Source of the DNA: Burkholderiales bacterium
Lineage (GTDB): Bacteria > Pseudomonadota > Gammaproteobacteria > Burkholderiales > SG8-39
DNA: 58,112 nucleotides
NCBI GenBank assembly: GCA_035525655.1
Contig: DATLDY010000292.1
Span: 1-58,112 of the forward strand
Reading direction: 5' to 3'
Shown: piece after piece, positions 1 to 12,076 of the stretch
How positions within the stretch are numbered: position 1 is the stretch's first letter
Layout of the letters: each line of letters opens with the position of its first letter
The notes under the pieces: generated by a model
The model's input: the letters and a program-made list of their open reading frames with translations, nothing else
Database searches by the model: none
What the model was told of the DNA's origin: nothing
Made by a program: the position numbers and the translations under genes

Positions 1-353
1 CGCAGGTCCACCAGGCTCGGCGGCGGCTCGAGATAGATGCGTTCCAGCAGCGCGGCCAGGCGCGCCATTCGTTCGCAGAATTGCGGCCATTGCTCGGCAT
101 CGCGCGCGCTCAAGCGGCGAATGCTTGCCAGGCTGCGCGTCATGTCTGCGGAGAGCTCGAGCCCCTCGGGCGTGCGCAGCCACGGATCAGGGCGCTTGGA
201 TTCGAGCTCGCCGATCTGCCGGGGCGCCCAGCCCTCGACGCGATCGAGCGGCGCGTATTCCTGCAAGACGGTTACGCGATGCCCGCCCTGCGCGAGGAGC
301 CGCGCCGCAACGAGCTCGTCGGCACCGCTGCCAATGACGACAACGTCGCTCAA
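1..353 (-). CDS. NAD(P)/FAD-dependent oxidoreductase, CrtI/phytoene-desaturase-like (N-terminal part only; gene runs off the left edge)
   Basis: Absent from the ORF track because it has no stop in the window. My minus-strand translation from TTG at 353 reads LSDVVVIGSGADELVAARLLAQGGHRVTVLQEYAPLDRVEGW...RDAEQWPQFCERMARLAALLERIYLEPPPSLVDL. It has a dinucleotide-binding beta-alpha-beta start and a RDAE..F...MAR segment paralogous to the upstream gene. The TTG overlaps the upstream TGA (TTGA). Confidence 0.6.
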   Translation of the reverse strand, partial: MSDVVVIGSGADELVAARLLAQGGHRVTVLQEYAPLDRVEGWAPRQIGELESKRPDPWLRTPEGLELSADMTRSLASIRRLSARDAEQWPQFCERMARLAALLERIYLEPPPSLVDL

Positions 354-1927
354 GCGCGCACTCCGAGTATTTCCATCGCGGCATTCCGACCGGATGCGCC
401 CATGACGCCGCCGCCGGGATGGGTGCCCGCCCCGCACTGGTAGAGGCCATGGATCGGCGTGCGATAGCGAGCCCACGCCGGCGCCGGGCGCAGGAAGAAC
501 ATCTGCTGGAGCGAGAGCTCGCCCTGGAAGATGTTGCCTTCGCTCAGGCCGACGATGCGCTCGATATCGGCCGGCGTGATCACCTGACGGTGGAGGATGG
601 CGCTCTTGATGTTGGGCGCGTACTGCGCCAGCGTATCGATGACGGTGTTGCCGAGCTCCTCGCGCCGCGCGTCGGTCCAGCCGCCGTTCAGGTGGTAAGG
701 CGCGTACTGCACGAAGATCGACATCACGTGCTTGCCCGGCGGCGCCATCGACGGATCCAGCATCGACGGGATGACGATGTCCATGTACGGCCGGCGCGAG
801 ATCTCGCCGTACTTGGCGTCGTCGTAGGCGCGCTCGAGGTAGTCCACACTCGGGCTGATCGAAATCGCGCCGCGCATGTGCGGCCCGGGCTGCGGCAGGC
901 AGGTGAAGCGCGGCAGCTCGCCCAAGGCGAGATTGACCTTGGCCGACGACCCTCGGAATTTATAGCGCTTGATGGCGGCAGCGAAATCGTCCGGGAGATT
1001 TTCCTCGCGCACGAGGCCGAGGAACGTGCGCCGCGGGTCGGCACCCGAGACGACGCAATCGGCGAGGAGCTCGTCGCCGTTCTCCAGGATCACGCCGGTC
1101 GCGCGGCCGCCTTTGACAAGGATCCGGGACACCGACGCCTGAGTACGGATCTCCACGCCATGCGCCTGCGCAGCCGATGCGATCGCCGCACTGACCGAGC
1201 CGTTGCCGCCTTTGGCGAACCCCCAGGCACGGAACACGCCATCGAGCTCGCCCATGTAGTGATGCAGGAGCACGTATGCCGTGCCCGGCGAGCGCGGCCC
1301 GAGGAGCGTGCCGATGATGCCGCTTGCCGACTTGGTGCCTTTGAGCGCCTCGCTCTCGAACCACTCGTCGAGATAATCGGCGGCGCTCATCGTGAGCAGC
1401 TTCCAGAGCGCGTGGAGATCTTTCTCGGGCAGCCCGCGGAAATATCGGCCGAGGCGCAGGAGGTCGAGCAGCTCGCGCGGCTGAACCGACGCCGGGTCCG
1501 GCGGCGCCATTTTGAGGATCGGCTTAACGGCGCGCGCCATGCGGTGCAGGAGGAGGCCGAACTCGTCATAGGCCTCGGCATCGCGCGGCGAGTGGCGCGC
1601 TAGCTCGCGGCGGTTCTGGTCGTGGTCGGACCACTGCGCGAGGTAGTCGCCATTCTCGAGCGGCGTCAGCGTGCTCTCGAGCGGCAGGATCTGCAGGCCG
1701 TGGCGCGACAGCTCGAGCTCGCGGATGATCTCGGGCCTGAGCAGGCTCACGACGTAGGAAAACACCGAGAAGCGAAAGCCCGGGAATACTTCGTCGCTGA
1801 AGGCTGCGCCCCCAATGCGCTCGCGGCGCTCGAGCACGAGCACCTTGCGTCCGGCGCGCCCGAGATAGGCCGCGCAGGCGAGGCCATTGTGCCCGCCGCC
1901 GACGATGATGATGTCGTGCTTCTTCAT
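350..1927 (-). CDS. NAD(P)/FAD-dependent oxidoreductase, CrtI/phytoene-desaturase family
   Basis: ORF 350..2506 trimmed to ATG 1927. N-terminus MKKHDIIIVGGGHNGLACAAYLGRAGRKVLVLERRERIGGA carries the GxGxxG motif; C-terminal GLYQCGAGTHPGGGVMGASGRNAA is typical of the family. The ATG overlaps the TGA of the upstream gene (ATGA 1924-1927). The remaining 193 N-terminal residues in the track ORF are Arg/Ala-rich read-through. Confidence 0.85.
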   Translation of the reverse strand: MKKHDIIIVGGGHNGLACAAYLGRAGRKVLVLERRERIGGAAFSDEVFPGFRFSVFSYVVSLLRPEIIRELELSRHGLQILPLESTLTPLENGDYLAQWSDHDQNRRELARHSPRDAEAYDEFGLLLHRMARAVKPILKMAPPDPASVQPRELLDLLRLGRYFRGLPEKDLHALWKLLTMSAADYLDEWFESEALKGTKSASGIIGTLLGPRSPGTAYVLLHHYMGELDGVFRAWGFAKGGNGSVSAAIASAAQAHGVEIRTQASVSRILVKGGRATGVILENGDELLADCVVSGADPRRTFLGLVREENLPDDFAAAIKRYKFRGSSAKVNLALGELPRFTCLPQPGPHMRGAISISPSVDYLERAYDDAKYGEISRRPYMDIVIPSMLDPSMAPPGKHVMSIFVQYAPYHLNGGWTDARREELGNTVIDTLAQYAPNIKSAILHRQVITPADIERIVGLSEGNIFQGELSLQQMFFLRPAPAWARYRTPIHGLYQCGAGTHPGGGVMGASGRNAAMEILGVRA

Positions 1928-3114
1928 GCGCCGCATTCCGCCCGTTTGCGGGGCGGGTCGAAGAACGGCTTCTTCACCACCGTGATGGCGGCGCGTTTGC
2001 GCCGATGCTCCACGGTGATTTCCATTTCGAGCTGTGTGCCGGGCGCGGCCCACTGCGAGCGCAGATGGGCAAGCGCGATGTACTTCTTGAGGAGCGGCGA
2101 CCACGCGCCACTGGTCGCATACCCGGCCTGCTCGCCCTCCGAATAGATCGGCACGCTCATGCGCCACGCGGCACCCGGTACCCGGGTGGCAAGGCCGACC
2201 TCCGAGTACAGGCGCTCGAGTGAGTTCCAGTCGACCTCGACACCGACGAACTGCCATTGCGGCCCACGCGCCTTCTCCACTGCGAGCGCATCGCGACCGA
2301 TGAATCGCTCCTTGTCGAGATTCACGGCCCAGGCAAGATCGAGCTCGTAAGGCGACGAAAGCTGGCTGTCGAGCAGCACCTTGCGCGCCGGCACGTAGTC
2401 GACGTCGATCAGCATGAGGCCGGCTTCGATGCGCGCCATGTCGAGCGCGAGAAGCCCGGTGGGCATGATGCCGGATGGCCGTCCGGCATCGATGAGCGCA
2501 TCCCACACCGGCACGGCTTGCGCAGCATCGACCCAGATCTCGAAGCCAAGGTCGCCGGTGTAGCCGGTGCGGGAGATGGTGACCGGGATGCCGCGCACCG
2601 AGGCGGGCGCGATGCGGAAATACTTGAGCGGTGGCACGCCCAGCGACTCGAGGATCGCCCAGGCCATCGGGCCCTGCAGCGAAAGCGCCGCCACGCTGTC
2701 GGATACGTCCGCGATGTCAACCTGCATGCCGGCGGCGTTGTCCTGCAGCCAGCGCAGGCCCGGCTCGGCGGACGTCATACGGAACAGCTGCTCGTCGAGG
2801 CGGGCGACGGTCCCGTCGTCGATCACCTTGCCGGCGTGATCGCACCAAGGTGTGTAGAGCACCTGCCCCACGCTCGCCTTGAGGACGTTGCGTGTGACGA
2901 TGAGATCCAGAAGACGCGCGGCATCGCGCCCACGGATCAGATACTTGTAGAGGGGCGAGACATCGAAGAGCGCGGCGGCGGCGCGGATGACGTGGTACTC
3001 GCGCTCGTGGGTAAGCTCGTAGGAGCTCGCCACGACGTGGCCTGCCCAGCGCCGCCAGGCGTGGCTGACGCAGAGCGGCGCGGTGCGCGCGTGGAACGGC
3101 GTGGTCTTCAGCAC
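1924..3114 (-). CDS. aminomethyltransferase-family protein (glycine-cleavage T-protein fold, GcvT-like)
   Basis: 396 aa. The N-terminus (M)LKTTPFHARTAPL...HVIRAAAALFDVSPLYKYLIRGRDA aligns with the GcvT N-terminus. It also has TISRTGYTGDLGFEIW. The GTG start lies 3 nt after the glmS stop (TAA GCC GTG). Confidence 0.85.
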   Translation of the reverse strand: MLKTTPFHARTAPLCVSHAWRRWAGHVVASSYELTHEREYHVIRAAAALFDVSPLYKYLIRGRDAARLLDLIVTRNVLKASVGQVLYTPWCDHAGKVIDDGTVARLDEQLFRMTSAEPGLRWLQDNAAGMQVDIADVSDSVAALSLQGPMAWAILESLGVPPLKYFRIAPASVRGIPVTISRTGYTGDLGFEIWVDAAQAVPVWDALIDAGRPSGIMPTGLLALDMARIEAGLMLIDVDYVPARKVLLDSQLSSPYELDLAWAVNLDKERFIGRDALAVEKARGPQWQFVGVEVDWNSLERLYSEVGLATRVPGAAWRMSVPIYSEGEQAGYATSGAWSPLLKKYIALAHLRSQWAAPGTQLEMEITVEHRRKRAAITVVKKPFFDPPRKRAECGA

Positions 3115-3117
3115 GGC

Positions 3118-4947
3118 TTATTCAACCGTGACGGATTTAGCCAGATTCCTCGGCTTGTCGACATCGGTGCCACGGGCGAGCGCCACGTGATAGGCGAGAA
3201 GCTGCATGGGCACCACGTGCAGGATCGGCGAAAGGGCGCCGGCGTGCGAGCCGAGCTCGATCACGCGCACGCCCTCCGATTCGGAAAAATGCGCGCCCTT
3301 ATCGGCGAAGACATACAGCTCGCCGCCGCGCGCACGCACTTCCTGCAGGTTGGATTTCAACTTCTCGATCAGGGCATCGGTGGGCGCGACGGCCACCACC
3401 GGCATATTCCGATCTACAAGGGCGAGCGGCCCATGCTTGAGCTCGCCGGCGGCATAGGCCTCGGCGTGGATGTACGAAATTTCCTTCAGCTTGAGCGCGC
3501 CCTCCATCGCAATCGGCCAGTGGATGCCGCGGCCGAGGAACAGCGCATGCTCCTTGCCGGCGAAGCGCGCGGCCCAGGATGCGACTGCCGTTTCGGTGGC
3601 GAGCGCCTCGTTCACCGCGGCCGGCAAATGGCGCAACGCCTGCAGGTGTGTTCGCTCCACCGCTGCATCGAGCTTGTTGCGCAGCTTGGCGACCACCAGA
3701 GTCAGGAGGAACAGCGCACCCAATTGCGTCGTGAAAGCCTTGGTGGAAGCGACGCCGATCTCGGGGCCGGCGCGCGTCAGGAAACGCAGCTTGGATGCGC
3801 GGATGAGCGAGCTCTCGGGCACGTTGCAGATGGAAAGCGTGGCGCGGTAGCCGAGCGCCTTGGCGTGCTCGAGGGCCGCCAGCGTGTCGGCCGTCTCGCC
3901 CGATTGCGAGATGGTGACGAAGAGGCCGTTGGGATCCGGCACTGAGCGGCGATACCGGTATTCGCTCGCGATCTCGGCACGCGTTGGAATGCCGGCGATG
4001 TCCTCCAGCCAGTAGCGCGCGATGAGCGCGGCGTGATAGCTGGTGCCGCAAGCCACGATGTGCACCGAGGTTGCGGCACGCAGCAGGCCTTCTGCCTCCG
4101 CGCCGAACAGTCCCGGCTGCAGCGAGCTCGCACCACTCACCACTTCCAGCGTGTTGGCAAGCGCGCCCGGCTGCTCGTGGATTTCCTTCTGCATGTAGTG
4201 CTTGTACTGCCCGAGGTCCACGGCCGCATCGCTAAGCTCGGAGACGTGCACGTCCCGCTGCACCGCCCTGCCATCCGCGCCGACTACGCGCCATCCGCCC
4301 GCCCGGATCTCCGCGCAATCGCCGTCCTCGAGATAGACGACGCGCCGCGTGACCGACAGCAGCGCGGAGACGTCGGACGCCGCGAAGTTCTCGCCTTCGC
4401 CGATGCCCAGAAGGAGCGGCGGACCGCGGCGCGCAACAACCACAGTATCGGGATCGCGTGCCGACACAACGGCAATGGCGAAGGCGCCCTCCAGCTCGGC
4501 CACCGCGCGGATGGTGGCGGCGAAGAGCGAGTCCTCGGACTTGCGATAGTCCGCGATGAGGTGCGCCACCACCTCCGTGTCGGTATCGGAGGTGAACGTG
4601 TACCCGGCACGCTTGAGCCGCTCGCGGATCTTTTCGTGGTTCTCGACGATGCCGTTGTGCACGATCGCGAGATCGCCGGACATGTGCGGGTGGGCATTGC
4701 GCTCGGTCGGTGCGCCGTGCGTTGCCCATCGCGTGTGCGCGATGCCGGTTCCGCCGCCGACTTTCTGCGCGGTGGTCTGCGCGGCGAGCTCGGCGACGCG
4801 TCCCGCGGAGCGCACGCGCTTCAAAGTCGACCCGTTGACGATCGCGATGCCGGCCGAGTCATACCCCCGGTATTCGAGCCGGCGCAGACCCTCCACCAGT
4901 ACGGGAACGATGTCGCGCCGCGACGCGGCGCCGACGATGCCGCACAT
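3118..4947 (-). CDS. glmS: glutamine--fructose-6-phosphate aminotransferase (isomerizing)
   Basis: 609 aa. MCGIVGA gives the N-terminal nucleophile Cys. It also has [11 protein letters not shown], a SIS-domain region and the C-terminal AKSVTVE. Confidence 0.97.
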   Translation of the reverse strand: MCGIVGAASRRDIVPVLVEGLRRLEYRGYDSAGIAIVNGSTLKRVRSAGRVAELAAQTTAQKVGGGTGIAHTRWATHGAPTERNAHPHMSGDLAIVHNGIVENHEKIRERLKRAGYTFTSDTDTEVVAHLIADYRKSEDSLFAATIRAVAELEGAFAIAVVSARDPDTVVVARRGPPLLLGIGEGENFAASDVSALLSVTRRVVYLEDGDCAEIRAGGWRVVGADGRAVQRDVHVSELSDAAVDLGQYKHYMQKEIHEQPGALANTLEVVSGASSLQPGLFGAEAEGLLRAATSVHIVACGTSYHAALIARYWLEDIAGIPTRAEIASEYRYRRSVPDPNGLFVTISQSGETADTLAALEHAKALGYRATLSICNVPESSLIRASKLRFLTRAGPEIGVASTKAFTTQLGALFLLTLVVAKLRNKLDAAVERTHLQALRHLPAAVNEALATETAVASWAARFAGKEHALFLGRGIHWPIAMEGALKLKEISYIHAEAYAAGELKHGPLALVDRNMPVVAVAPTDALIEKLKSNLQEVRARGGELYVFADKGAHFSESEGVRVIELGSHAGALSPILHVVPMQLLAYHVALARGTDVDKPRNLAKSVTVE

Positions 4948-4951
4948 CCGC

Positions 4952-6313
4952 TCAGGCCTTCTTCTTCGGAGGCTTCCAGGACGGCACGGACGTCTGGCGC
5001 CCGCGCGCGAGGGTGAGCTGCCCGGCGGGCGTGTCCTTGGTGATGGTCGACCCCGCTCCGATATAGGAGCCGCGGGCGATGCGCACCGGCGCTACGAGCG
5101 TGGCATCCGAGCCGATGAAGCACTCGTCCTCGATCACGGTGCGATGCTTGGACACGCCGTCGTAGTTGCAGGTGATGGTCCCGGCGCCGATGTTGACGCG
5201 CGCGCCCACATCGGAGTCGCCGACATAGGAAAGATGATTGGCCTTCGACTGCGCGCCGAGGCGGCTCGCCTTCACCTCGACGAAATTGCCGACATGGACC
5301 TCCTCGGCGAGGCTCGAGCCGGGACGCAAACGCGCGTAAGGCCCGAGGCGGCAGCGTGCGCCGACCTCAGACTCTTCGAGCTGGGAGAAGGCGAAGACTT
5401 GGGTCCCCGCGCCGATCTTCACGTTGCGCAGGATGCAGTTCGGTCCGACGCGTACGCCGTCGCCGAGCGTTACGCGGCCTTCGAACACGCAGTTCACGTC
5501 GATGGCAACATCGCGCCCGCACTCGAGCGTCCCGCGCACATCGGTGCGCGCCGGATCGGCCAGGGTGACGCCGGCGTCGAGCAGGCGAAGCGCCTCGCGG
5601 CGCTGGTAGGCGCGCTCGAGCGCGGCGAGGTCGCGCTTGGAGTTGACGCCGGCGACCTCGTCGGCATCATCGACCATCACCGCATGGACCGGGACGCCTT
5701 CGGCGACGGCGAGGGTCACGATATCGGTGAGGTAGTACTCGCCCTGCGCATTGCGATTGCCGATTTTCTTCAGCCAACCGGCCAGGCGAGCCGCGCTGAG
5801 TGCCATGAAGCCGGCGTTGATCTCGCGGATCGCGCGCTCCTTCGCAGAGGCGTCCTTGTCCTCGACGATCCGCTCGACGCGACCGGAAGCTTGGCGCACG
5901 ATGCGGCCGTACCCCTTCGGGTCATCGAGCTGCGTCGTCATGACAGCGACGCCGTCGCCCGCGGTGTCGATCAGGCGCTTCAGGCTCTCGGCGCGAACGA
6001 GCGGCACATCGCCATAGAGGATCACGACGGTGCTCTGAGGATCGACGCGCGGCATCGCCTGCTGCACCGCGTGCCCGGTACCCAATTGTTCGGCCTGCAG
6101 CACCCAATCGAGGCCCGGTTCGGGAAAAGCTGCCCGCACGCGCTCCGCACCGTGGCCATGGACCACGATGGTCTTGCGCGGCGCGAGAGCGCGCGCGGTA
6201 TCGAGCACGTGAGCGAGCAGCGCGCGGCCGGCCAGGGGGTGCAGCACTTTCGGCAAATCTGACCGCATGCGCTTGCCCTGACCGGCGGCAAGCACGACTA
6301 CATCGAGCAGCAT
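4952..6313 (-). CDS. glmU: bifunctional UDP-N-acetylglucosamine diphosphorylase / glucosamine-1-phosphate N-acetyltransferase
   Basis: 453 aa. [22 protein letters not shown] is the nucleotidyltransferase motif, and the C-terminal half carries hexapeptide-repeat sequence. The gap to glmS is 4 nt. Confidence 0.95.
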   Translation of the reverse strand: MLLDVVVLAAGQGKRMRSDLPKVLHPLAGRALLAHVLDTARALAPRKTIVVHGHGAERVRAAFPEPGLDWVLQAEQLGTGHAVQQAMPRVDPQSTVVILYGDVPLVRAESLKRLIDTAGDGVAVMTTQLDDPKGYGRIVRQASGRVERIVEDKDASAKERAIREINAGFMALSAARLAGWLKKIGNRNAQGEYYLTDIVTLAVAEGVPVHAVMVDDADEVAGVNSKRDLAALERAYQRREALRLLDAGVTLADPARTDVRGTLECGRDVAIDVNCVFEGRVTLGDGVRVGPNCILRNVKIGAGTQVFAFSQLEESEVGARCRLGPYARLRPGSSLAEEVHVGNFVEVKASRLGAQSKANHLSYVGDSDVGARVNIGAGTITCNYDGVSKHRTVIEDECFIGSDATLVAPVRIARGSYIGAGSTITKDTPAGQLTLARGRQTSVPSWKPPKKKA

Positions 6314-6359
6314 CGCCAGAATTCTAGGCTAATATTGTTTCGCCAGAGGGAGCCCGCCA

Positions 6360-7373
6360 ATGAATCGCCTTGCATTGCTCTGCGGCGCCTTGGCCGCGGT
6401 CAGTACCACACAAGTTCTCGCCCAAGAGAGCTGCAGCCACCGCGGCGATCTCGACGCGCTCTACTGCGACGAGAACCGCGACCTCGTGGCCGATCCGCCG
6501 AAGGACCCGAAGAAGCTCAAGAACCCCTCGACGCTGGTCTTCACGTACACCCCCGTGGAAGACCCGGCGGTCTATGAAAACGCGTTCAAGCCGTTCACCG
6601 ATCACTTGTCGAAGTGCACCTCTAAACGCGTGGTGTTCTACCAGGTGCAATCGAACGCCTCCGAGATCGAGGCGATGCGCTCCGGCCGCCTGCATGTCGG
6701 CGGCTTCTCCACCGGCCCGACTAACTTCGCCGTGAACCTCGCGGGCGCCGTGCCGTTCGCGGTCAAGGGCGACGCCAAGGAATGGCAGGGCTACCAGCTG
6801 TGGCTGATCGTGAAGAAGGACAGTGCCATCCACAAGATCACGGACATCAAGGGCAAGAAGGTTGCGCACGTGCAGCCTTCGTCCAACTCCGGCAACCTCG
6901 CGCCGCGGGCGCTATTCCCCAAGGAAGGCGTGGTCCCCGACAAGGACTACAAGGTCCTGTACTCCGGCAAGCACGACCAGTCGGTCATGGGGGTGAACTC
7001 GGGCGACTTCGACGCCGCACCCGTGGCGAGCGATGTGTTCAAGCGCATGGCTGAGCGCGGCCAGGTCAAGGCGGAGGATTTTCGCGTGATCTGGAAAAGC
7101 CAGACTTTCCCAACCTCCTCGTTCGCCTACGCACACGATCTCGAGCCGAAGCTGCGTGACACGATGCTGAAATGCTTTTACGAGTACCGCTTCCCCGCGG
7201 AGATGCAGAAGGCGTTCGGCGGCGCGGACCGGTTCTTCCCCATCACCTACCAGAAGGATTGGGCGATCGTGCGCCAGGTCGCCGAAGGCAGCGGCGAGAA
7301 GTTCAACAAGGCCGCGTACGACGAACTGGCCAAGAGGGAAGCCGAGGCGGCTAAGAAGGCACAGAAGAAGTAG
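6360..7373 (+). CDS. phnD: phosphate/phosphite/phosphonate-type ABC transporter substrate-binding protein (PhnD family)
   Basis: 337 aa. Signal peptide [22 protein letters not shown]. PhnD-family core: [11 protein letters not shown]...[15 protein letters not shown]...[20 protein letters not shown] sits 7 nt upstream of the ATG. The substrate cannot be inferred. Confidence 0.8.
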   Translation: MNRLALLCGALAAVSTTQVLAQESCSHRGDLDALYCDENRDLVADPPKDPKKLKNPSTLVFTYTPVEDPAVYENAFKPFTDHLSKCTSKRVVFYQVQSNASEIEAMRSGRLHVGGFSTGPTNFAVNLAGAVPFAVKGDAKEWQGYQLWLIVKKDSAIHKITDIKGKKVAHVQPSSNSGNLAPRALFPKEGVVPDKDYKVLYSGKHDQSVMGVNSGDFDAAPVASDVFKRMAERGQVKAEDFRVIWKSQTFPTSSFAYAHDLEPKLRDTMLKCFYEYRFPAEMQKAFGGADRFFPITYQKDWAIVRQVAEGSGEKFNKAAYDELAKREAEAAKKAQKK

Positions 7374-8128
7374 TGTCGGCGCTGGCTATTCGCGGCCTGA
7401 CGAAGGAATACGTCGCGGGCCAGCCGGTCCTGCGCCGCATCGATCTCGAGTTCTCGCCGCAGGGCATCACCGCCATCATCGGCCCCTCGGGAACAGGCAA
7501 GTCGACGCTCATCCGCTGCATCAACCGTCTCGTCGAGCCGACGGCGGGCCAGATCATTTTCGAAGGCACCGACCTCGTCACGCTCGATCGCACGGCGCTG
7601 CGCGCCGCACGCCGGCGCATCGGCATGGTGTTCCAGGAGTACAACCTGGTCGAGCGCCTGACGGTCATGGAGAACCTGCTGTGCGGCCGCCTCGGCTACG
7701 TGTCGCCATTCAAGGCATGGCTGCGCCGCTATCCGCAGGGCGACATCGAACGCGCTTTCGATCTGCTCGAAACAGTCGGGCTCGCCGCGCACGCGCATGC
7801 GCGCGCCGACAGCCTCTCGGGCGGGCAGCGCCAGCGCGTCGGCATCGCCCGCGCCATGATGCAGGAGCCGCGGCTATTGCTAGCCGATGAGCCGACATCG
7901 TCGCTCGACCCGAAGACCTCGGTCGAGATCATGGGGCTCGTGCAAACGCTGGCGGGCAAACACGGCTTCCCGGTGATCATCAATATCCACAACGTCGAGC
8001 TTGCGCGCCGCTTCGCCGATCGCATAGTCGGCATGACCGGCGGGCGCGTCGTGTTCGATGGATCGCCCGCGGCGATAACCGACGACCATCTCAAGACCAT
8101 CTATGGCGGCGAGGACTGGCTCCATTAG
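7373..8128 (+). CDS. phnC: phosphonate-type ABC transporter ATP-binding protein
   Basis: 251 aa. Walker [10 protein letters not shown], signature [14 protein letters not shown], Walker [13 protein letters not shown]. The GTG start shares 1 nt with the phnD stop (TAGTG). Confidence 0.9.
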   Translation: MSALAIRGLTKEYVAGQPVLRRIDLEFSPQGITAIIGPSGTGKSTLIRCINRLVEPTAGQIIFEGTDLVTLDRTALRAARRRIGMVFQEYNLVERLTVMENLLCGRLGYVSPFKAWLRRYPQGDIERAFDLLETVGLAAHAHARADSLSGGQRQRVGIARAMMQEPRLLLADEPTSSLDPKTSVEIMGLVQTLAGKHGFPVIINIHNVELARRFADRIVGMTGGRVVFDGSPAAITDDHLKTIYGGEDWLH

Positions 8129-8894
8129 GGTAGCGTTTCCCCCTAGCTGGGCGGCGCGCGCCGCCTGGCTGGTGTTCGCCGTTTACCTTATTTACGCCGC
8201 ATCGCAGCTGGAGCTCACACCCGCGCGCTTCGCAGCGGGGCTGGAACACGGCGCGAAATTTCTGGGACGCCTCTTTCCACCGGATTTCACGCGTTGGGAG
8301 CTGCTGCTGAAAGGCATGGTCGAGAGCCTGCAGATCGCGGTGCTCGCCTCGGCGCTGGGCGTACTTATCGCGACACCGCTCTCGCTCCTCGCCGCGCGCA
8401 ACCTGATGCCGGCGTGGGCAAGCTGGCCGGCGCGCGCGGTGATGGTGCTCTGCCGCACGTTCCATCCGGTCATCGTCGCCATCCTCTTTGTGAAGGCAGT
8501 GGGCTTCGGCGCGCTCGCCGGCATCCTCGCGCTCACCCTGGCCTCGGTGGGGTTCCTCGGCAAGCTGATGACCGAAGCCATCGAGGAGATTTCGCTCAAG
8601 CAGGTGGAGGCGGTGCGCGCCACGGGCGCGCCCTTCCTCTCCGTCGTCACTTACGCCGTGGCGCCGCAGGTCTTCTCCCGGTTCATCGGTTTTGTTTCCT
8701 ATGAGACGGACGCCAACCTGCGCAATTCCACTATGGTCGGCATCGTCGGTGCCGGGGGCATCGGCGGCACGCTGTTCGCCGCGTTCCAGCGTTTCGACTA
8801 CGACTTCGTCTGCGCCATTGTCCTGACCATCATCGCGCTCATCATGGCCGGGGAAATCCTGACCATGCGCGTCAAGAAGGCGTTCAGGGCATGA
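8103..8894 (+). CDS. phnE: phosphonate-type ABC transporter permease
   Basis: 263 aa polytopic membrane protein. It has the [22 protein letters not shown]-loop-like motif and the PhnE-type ending [21 protein letters not shown]. It overlaps phnC by 26 nt. Confidence 0.85.
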   Translation: MAARTGSIRVAFPPSWAARAAWLVFAVYLIYAASQLELTPARFAAGLEHGAKFLGRLFPPDFTRWELLLKGMVESLQIAVLASALGVLIATPLSLLAARNLMPAWASWPARAVMVLCRTFHPVIVAILFVKAVGFGALAGILALTLASVGFLGKLMTEAIEEISLKQVEAVRATGAPFLSVVTYAVAPQVFSRFIGFVSYETDANLRNSTMVGIVGAGGIGGTLFAAFQRFDYDFVCAIVLTIIALIMAGEILTMRVKKAFRA

Positions 8895-9676
8895 GGACAT
8901 GGCAGCGCTTCACGCCGATGGAGCGGATGGCGCGCTTCACGGTGTATTTCGTCGGCGTGGCGGCGATCGTGGCCTCCGTGCAGAGCGTGCAGGTCATCCC
9001 GGAGTTCCTGTCCGATGCGCCGGAGCAGGTGATGGACATGCTGCGGCGCATGTGGCCGATCGCGTGGGGCTTTTATCCCGAGGGCGTGCACCAGCCGCTC
9101 ATCGATTCGCTGCACATCGCGACGCTCGGCACCGTGCTCGCCGTCCTGATGGCAGTACCGATCGCCTTCCTTGCTGCACGCAACGTCACGCGCAACGCCT
9201 GGCTCAACTACCTGGCCAAGGTGATCCTCGTCTCCGCCCGCTCCGTGAACACGCTGATCTGGGCGCTGTTCTTCGTCGCCGTATTCGGTCCCGGCGCCCT
9301 CGCCGGCACGCTGGCCATCGCGTTCCATTCGATCGGCTTCACCGGCAAGCTCCTGGGCGAGGCGCTCGAGGAGGCGAACCGCGGCAGCATTGAGGCATTG
9401 GAAGCGAGCGGCGCGCCCTGGCTGTCGATCGCGATGAAGGGTTACTGGCCGCAAGTGCGGCCGGCGTTCTGGGGCATCGTGCTCTTTCGCTGGGACATCA
9501 ACGTGCGCGAGTCGGCGGTGCTCGGCCTGGTCGGCGCCGGCGGCGTCGGGATGGCGCTCGATACGGCGCTCAACCTTTTCCAGTGGGAGCGCGCCGCGAT
9601 GATCCTTGCCGCGATCTTCGCCGTGGTGCTCGTCGCGGAGGTGGCGACGACTCAGTTGCGCAAGCGCATCCTCTAA
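8891..9676 (+). CDS. phnE: phosphonate-type ABC transporter permease (second copy)
   Basis: 261 aa paralog of the preceding permease, with GEALEEANRGSIEALEASGA...NVRESAVLGLVGAGGVGMAL. ATGA overlap with the upstream gene. Confidence 0.85.
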   Translation: MRTWQRFTPMERMARFTVYFVGVAAIVASVQSVQVIPEFLSDAPEQVMDMLRRMWPIAWGFYPEGVHQPLIDSLHIATLGTVLAVLMAVPIAFLAARNVTRNAWLNYLAKVILVSARSVNTLIWALFFVAVFGPGALAGTLAIAFHSIGFTGKLLGEALEEANRGSIEALEASGAPWLSIAMKGYWPQVRPAFWGIVLFRWDINVRESAVLGLVGAGGVGMALDTALNLFQWERAAMILAAIFAVVLVAEVATTQLRKRIL

Positions 9677-10612
9677 TGCTGACTGAAGAGCTGGCCGCAC
9701 GATTCACCCGCGTCGCGCTCGCGAACATCGTTCGCGAATACCCGCGGCATGTGCAGCACCTCCTCTCAGGTCCGACGGAAGAGCGCGGCGAGCGTACGCT
9801 CCATCCCGCTTTCTACGGCAGCTACGACTGGCACTCGGCGGTGCACATGCATTGGATGCTCGTGCGAGTGCTGCGCATCTATCCGGTATCGCGTCTTGCA
9901 CCGGCGATCAGCGACGCGCTCGATGCCCACCTTACGCCGCCCGCAATCGCGCAGGAGCTCGCCTACTTCCAGGGCCCCGCCGGGCGCACCTTCGAGCGGC
10001 CCTACGGCTGGGCGTGGCTGCTCGAGCTGCAGGCAGAGGCGCTAGCGCTCAAGTCACGCTGGTCCCGAGCGCTCACTCCGCTGGCGACGGAGCTCGCACA
10101 GCGATTCGGCGACTACCTGCGCGCGTCGCCTTACCCGGTGCGCGCCGGCAGCCACGGCAATAGCGCTTTTGCCTGCCTGCTCGGGCTCGACTATGCGCGC
10201 ACTGCGGGCGATGCGGCGCTCGAGTTCGAGATCCGCAAGGCGGCGCGGCGATGGTATGGCTCCGATCGCGTCGCTCCAATCGCGTACGAGCCATCGCTCG
10301 ACGATTTCCTTTCGCCAACGCTCCTCGAGGCTGTGTTGATGCGCGAGGTGATGGGCGAAGGCGAGTTCTTCGGCTGGCTGCAGCGCTTCGCACCACAAGG
10401 TTTCGGCGCGTTGGCTGAGCCACCGACGGTGGTGGACCATGCGGATCCGAAGCAAAGCCACCTCGACGGCCTTTGCCTGTCGCGCGCCTGGTGCTTCCAG
10501 CGGCTCGGGGACGGCGACGCGGCGCAGGCGCTGATCGATGCTGCGCTCGAACACGTCGCTGGGGGAGACTACGCGGGCGAGCACTGGCTCGCTTCTTTCG
10601 CCGTGCTCGCGC

Positions 10613-10641
<29 letters not shown>
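9676..10641 (+). CDS. DUF2891 domain-containing protein (no signal peptide)
   Basis: ORF 9583..10641 trimmed to ATG 9676, which overlaps the phnE stop (TAATG). The [19 protein letters not shown] motif is typical of DUF2891. 321 aa. Confidence 0.75.

Positions 10642-12076
<1,435 letters not shown>

Noticed and set aside
6314-6359. A Pho box upstream of the phnD-like gene.
   Set aside because: The spacer has no pair of CTGTCAT-like 7-mers with 4-nt spacing.
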